A program made the translations under genes and the position numbers. Positions 60,101-64,000 of a DNA stretch of 64,000 nucleotides are shown here, in pieces. The notes under the pieces are model-generated. The model searched no databases. It saw only the letters and a program-made list of their open reading frames with translations, and was not told where the DNA came from. Numbering within the stretch: the stretch's first letter is position 1; every line of letters begins with the position of its first letter. Origin of the DNA: Thermoanaerobaculia bacterium (GTDB taxonomy: Bacteria; Acidobacteriota; Thermoanaerobaculia; Multivoradales; Multivoraceae); NCBI GenBank assembly GCA_963664405.1, contig OY761158.1, forward strand, positions 576,001-640,000, read 5' to 3'.

Positions 60101-60979
60101 TCAGGCCCTGTTTGCGGCAAGCAGGCTGGTTTCTCTCACAATGGCAGGGAGGCTGAGTCGCGACGCCATTTCCGCCAAGCCGTCACCGCCGCCACGCCAA
60201 CACAATGCATCGACTGAGCCGGAGACCGGTGCTTGGCGAACGACGGTGGCGATCTTTCTGAACAGCAGCGCCAGCTCGACCCGGCCCGCAAGAGTCTCTG
60301 CGAGCTTCGCCCGGCCACGAACCTCGACCGCCCAGTCCTCTCCGCGCGCCGGGATCTGTTCAATATGCTCGTAGTGAGCCAGCACCTTGGCGCTCGACTT
60401 CGCCCCCCAGCCCTTGATCCCGGGAAAGCCGTCGGCGGTGTCACCAACCAGGGCCAGGTAGTCTGGGATCGACGTCGGCAGCACCCCGAACTTGGCAACC
60501 ACTCCCGCCTCGTCGTAGCGCACTCCCTGGCGACGGTCGAACTGCACGACTCGCTTCCCCACCACGCACTGCGAAAGATCCTTGTCCGGGGTACAGATCA
60601 GAACTTCGGTCACGCGCTCGTCGCGCCCCGCCATCTCCGCGCCGGCGGCAAGAGCATCGTCAGCCTCGTACTCGACCATCGGCCAGACCACGATACCGAG
60701 CGCCTCCAGCGCCTCCTCCACCACCGGAAACTGCGCCAGGAGATCCGGCTCCACGCCCTCGCCGGACTTGTAGCCCGGCCACAGATCGTTTCGAAACGAG
60801 GGAATGATGTGGTCGGTGGCGACCGCGAGGTGGGTGGCCCCATCATGCAGCATGTTGAGGACCGACATGACGACGCCTCGAGTTGCGGCCAACTCGAAGC
60901 CCGCGGCGTCACGGTAGCTCGGCACCGCGAAGTAGTGGCGAAAAAGCTCGTAGGTACCGTCGATCAGGTGCACGCGCAT
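60101..60979 (-). CDS. Stand-alone 5'-3' exonuclease/flap endonuclease
   Basis: LIDGTYELFR, EADDALA, PDKDL, DYLALVGDTADGFPGIKGWGAKS. Confidence 0.9.
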   Translation of the reverse strand: MRVHLIDGTYELFRHYFAVPSYRDAAGFELAATRGVVMSVLNMLHDGATHLAVATDHIIPSFRNDLWPGYKSGEGVEPDLLAQFPVVEEALEALGIVVWPMVEYEADDALAAGAEMAGRDERVTEVLICTPDKDLSQCVVGKRVVQFDRRQGVRYDEAGVVAKFGVLPTSIPDYLALVGDTADGFPGIKGWGAKSSAKVLAHYEHIEQIPARGEDWAVEVRGRAKLAETLAGRVELALLFRKIATVVRQAPVSGSVDALCWRGGGDGLAEMASRLSLPAIVRETSLLAANRA

Positions 60980-60992
60980 GGCGGATGGGTCC

Positions 60993-61159
60993 CTAGTGTC
61001 GTGTCCCAGAAATGCCTACCCAATAGCTCGGCCCCTTTCGCTCGCTGCCTTCGTTACGCCTCGTCGACAGATTTCCCAATATGCCTGCCTCGCCGCGCCT
61101 TGGCAGCGAACGAAATGACCTCGATCTATTAGGCAGGCATTTCCGGGACACGGCACTAG
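60993..61159 (-). repeat. CTAG-bounded palindromic element, copy 6 (167 bp, core on - strand)
   Basis: ctagtgtcgtgtcccagaaatgcct ... aggcatttccgggacacggcactag. Confidence 0.88.
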
Positions 61160-61177
61160 CTATACTAACCGCCAGCG

Positions 61178-61936
61178 ATGAGCAGCAGGAAAGCCTCCGC
61201 CGTTGTACTGCTCGTCGCCGCTCTGGGCGCCGGCGCCAGCGCTTGTGGGCGGGCACCCGACAGCGGCCCCGAAACCCAACGTCCGACCCATGGCCTCGAT
61301 CAAGGGCAGGTGATGATCCGCGTTCATCTCGGAGGCGATGAGATACCGTCGCCAACCCGCATCGAGAACACGACCGACCCAGATATCTGTGGCGTCAGCC
61401 ATTCGCTCGAAGATCTTTCCGTCGACAGAGAGACACGGGGGATTCGCGACGTCTTTGTATCCCTCGACCCCGGCCCCCTCGCCGCCGAGGCGTCGATGGA
61501 GACCGTCAACGAGATCTCCCTAGAGCTCGCCAATCAAGGCTGCCGCTTCGAGCCCCACGCCGCGGCCGTGACTGTAGGCACGATTCTCGAGACCACCAAT
61601 CGCGACTCGGTTCTCCACACTGTTCACATCTACGGTCCGAGGGAGATCAATCTCGCCCTGCCCCTGGAGGGCTCGAGCGCCGAGTACCGCCTGACCGAGC
61701 CCGGCCTCTACGTCATCAAATGCGATGTGCACGGCTGGATGCAGGCCTTCGTCCGAGTCGACGAGCACCCCTACCACGGGGTCACCGATGGGGCCGGAGC
61801 CCTCCTGATCACCGGGATCCCAGCGGGCGACTACCCTCTCGAGGCCTGGCACGAGCGACTCGGTGGCCAAGAGATGCGAGTCCAGGTCAGGTCTGGAGAG
61901 ACAACCGAGATCGAAATCGAGTACGGTTCTCTCTGA
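61178..61936 (+). CDS. Cupredoxin / carboxypeptidase-regulatory-like lipoprotein
   Basis: Lipobox ASAC; QGCRFEPH, LHTVH, KCDVHGWM, AWHERLG. Confidence 0.75.
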   Translation: MSSRKASAVVLLVAALGAGASACGRAPDSGPETQRPTHGLDQGQVMIRVHLGGDEIPSPTRIENTTDPDICGVSHSLEDLSVDRETRGIRDVFVSLDPGPLAAEASMETVNEISLELANQGCRFEPHAAAVTVGTILETTNRDSVLHTVHIYGPREINLALPLEGSSAEYRLTEPGLYVIKCDVHGWMQAFVRVDEHPYHGVTDGAGALLITGIPAGDYPLEAWHERLGGQEMRVQVRSGETTEIEIEYGSL

Positions 61937-61961
61937 CAAACCACCATTCCGGGAGCGAACC

Positions 61962-62690
61962 ATGTACCGAGTACGAAAAAATCTCCTCAGCGTCGGCCTA
62001 GTGCTCATCAGCCCCGTGCTGGCGGGCCAGGAGTCGAGCTTGCGAAACCAGCCTGGCGCCGACTCGATGAGTCTCTACACGCCGGAGCAGCACGACCTCT
62101 ACGACGGCCATTTCGTGATCTCGGCCGGGAAGATGCACCAGATCGGCAGGTTGTCCGACCCTCCGGGGTGGAACCACATGGGCAACGATGCCTCCAATGT
62201 GCGTGCGATTGGAGGCAGTGCAGAGATCGATGTCGACGAGAAAGCGAATACAGGTACCTTCATCGCACGCCTACGCGTGCCCGAGGGACAGATGGTCATC
62301 GAGCTCGAGCGTTTTATCGAGTCCAACCCCTGTCAAGACGGCGGAGTGGCCGCCTTTATCTACGAGCACGGCGATGCCGGCTGCGGCGACACCAACTGGC
62401 CCAAGACCCTGATCTACGTTGCCGGGTGGGGGTTGGGCAGCGCCACCTTGAACGGTGAGAAGCTCTACGAGGACTATCAGATCCACTTCATGGTCACGCA
62501 GGGCATGCGCGACCGCAAGACCCTGAAGACCAGTTACCCGATGCTCGACAAGAAGTCTCGCGCCGGGGCGGTCAATCCCGCCACTCAGCAGCTCGATTTC
62601 TTCATTCGAAGCCCGGAGACCGACGAGCGAAACAACCCCACCCGTAAGGTCTTCGACCACTTCTTCGCCATGGAAGTGACGTGGAAGTAG
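61962..62690 (+). CDS. Secreted hypothetical protein
   Basis: Signal peptide; GGAG RBS; coding-like codon use. Confidence 0.7.
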   Translation: MYRVRKNLLSVGLVLISPVLAGQESSLRNQPGADSMSLYTPEQHDLYDGHFVISAGKMHQIGRLSDPPGWNHMGNDASNVRAIGGSAEIDVDEKANTGTFIARLRVPEGQMVIELERFIESNPCQDGGVAAFIYEHGDAGCGDTNWPKTLIYVAGWGLGSATLNGEKLYEDYQIHFMVTQGMRDRKTLKTSYPMLDKKSRAGAVNPATQQLDFFIRSPETDERNNPTRKVFDHFFAMEVTWK

Positions 62691-62904
62691 CAGATAGCGG
62701 CCGCTGCGGGCCGCTGCGTAGCTTTCCGTCCTAGCGAAAGAAGTTGGAGCGGTTCTCCCGTACTTCTCGCATATATAGGTGTGAAGGAGACCAGGCGTGA
62801 AGCCGGGTCTCGAAGATAGTGCCCCGCCCTGTTGGCAAGGTACCACCCGACAGCAGGTAGGGTCATCCGGCATCGAGCCGATCAGCTACCCGCAGTTCCC
62901 TATC

Positions 62905-64000
62905 TCAGTCCCGAAACCGACGCCCCTCCGACGCCAGCTGGCGCAGGAGTGGCGCCGCCTCCCAACCTTCTCCGAAACGCTCGCGGAACTCGTCATAGCC
63001 GGCCACCACGCGCTCCAAGCCAACATCGTCGGCCCAGAACATCGGGCCGCCCCGATAGACCGGCCAACCGTAACCGTTGACCCAGATGACGTCGATGTCA
63101 CTAGCGCGCGAAGCGATCCCCTCCTCCAGGATCTTGGCCCCTTCGTTGACCATCGGGTAGAGACAGCGCGCGAGTATCTCGGCATCGTCGATCTCTCTTT
63201 GCTCCACCCCCTGCTTGTCGGCGAACTCGCGAATGAGGCCCTCGACCTCGGGATCCGGAGCTCCGGCGCGCGTCTCGGGGTTGTAGACGTAGTAACCCTT
63301 CCCCGACTTCTGGCCGAATCGGCCCCACTCGCAGAGCACCTCGCGCAGAGTGCTGCTCGAAGAGGTCTCCTTCTTCCAGCCGATGTCGAGGCCAGCCAGA
63401 TCGCTAGCGGCAAAGGGCCCCATCGGCATGCCGAAATCGTAGAGAACCTGGTCGATCCGCCACGGCATCGCTCCGTTGAGCACGAGCCGGTCCGCCTGGG
63501 CGCGGCGTTGGGCCATCATCCGGTTGCCCACGAAACCGTGGCAGACACCGACGGTCACGGGAATCTTGCCGATGCGCCGCCCCACTTCGAGAGCGGTCGC
63601 CAAGACATCATTCGCTGTTTTCTCTCCGCGCACGACCTCGACCAATTTCATTACGTTGGCGGGGCTGAAGAAGTGCATGCCCAAAACACTCTCCGGCCGC
63701 GAAGTCGCCCCAGCGATCTCGTTGATATCGAGATAAGAGGTGTTGCTCGCGAGAATAGCGCCGTCTTTACAGATGGCGTCGAGACTGCCGAAGACCTCCC
63801 TTTTCAGATCCATGTGCTCGAATACCGCTTCTACCACGAGATCGCACTCCGCGATTTGCTCCCGTTCGGTACTTCCACGAAGCAGCCCCATTCGTCTTTC
63901 GACCTCGTCATCGGTGAATCGCCCACGCTTGGCACTGCGCTCGTAATTGCCGCGAACGACGCCCAAACCCCGATCGAGGGCATCGCGACTCACCTCGACA
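62905..64000 (-). CDS. 3-hydroxyacyl-CoA dehydrogenase (multifunctional beta-oxidation enzyme), 5'-partial
   Basis: VVEAVFE, ASNTSYL, GMHFFSPA, GFVGNRM, GQKSGKGYY. Confidence 0.92.
   Translation of the reverse strand, partial: VEVSRDALDRGLGVVRGNYERSAKRGRFTDDEVERRMGLLRGSTEREQIAECDLVVEAVFEHMDLKREVFGSLDAICKDGAILASNTSYLDINEIAGATSRPESVLGMHFFSPANVMKLVEVVRGEKTANDVLATALEVGRRIGKIPVTVGVCHGFVGNRMMAQRRAQADRLVLNGAMPWRIDQVLYDFGMPMGPFAASDLAGLDIGWKKETSSSSTLREVLCEWGRFGQKSGKGYYVYNPETRAGAPDPEVEGLIREFADKQGVEQREIDDAEILARCLYPMVNEGAKILEEGIASRASDIDVIWVNGYGWPVYRGGPMFWADDVGLERVVAGYDEFRERFGEGWEAAPLLRQLASEGRRFRD

Noticed and set aside
1-64000. tRNA/rRNA genes or prophage
   Set aside because: No tRNA cloverleaf, rRNA or phage structural genes recognised by eye.

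Overview
High-GC (about 64%) bacterial chromosome segment. The protein families suggest Acidobacteriota or Myxococcota (inference). The flanks hold housekeeping and metabolic genes: clpS-clpA, a stand-alone rpsD, aldolase, SDR, acyl-CoA dehydrogenase, a stand-alone fusA, dinB, a 5'-3' exonuclease and a 3-hydroxyacyl-CoA dehydrogenase. Between them is a plastic region (about 11.6-41.9 kb) crowded with mobile elements: an IS1111/IS110 carrying a nested IS21, two integrase+IS91-type elements, IS30 inside an IS3 remnant, and IS3 inside a TM0106-nuclease/IS66 fusion. Main observations: (1) The plastic region is organised as an array of mostly co-oriented genes and gene remnants separated by a conserved module of paired 27-bp sites (TGTCGnn-nnnCRCCnnnnnn-nRCGACA) plus a -10 box. 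This looks like an integron-like or res-like cassette system I cannot assign to a known site class. (2) The IS1111 inserted precisely into one of these sites, and its predicted bridge/seek RNA carries guide segments matching the site. (3) Six 166-168 bp CTAG-bounded hairpin elements have covarying arms, strand-biased G-U pairs and a conserved core. (4) A peroxiredoxin-like gene has a W-TGA-P-K-TGA (UxxU) double-selenocysteine motif. All alignments were done by eye and no database searches were run.
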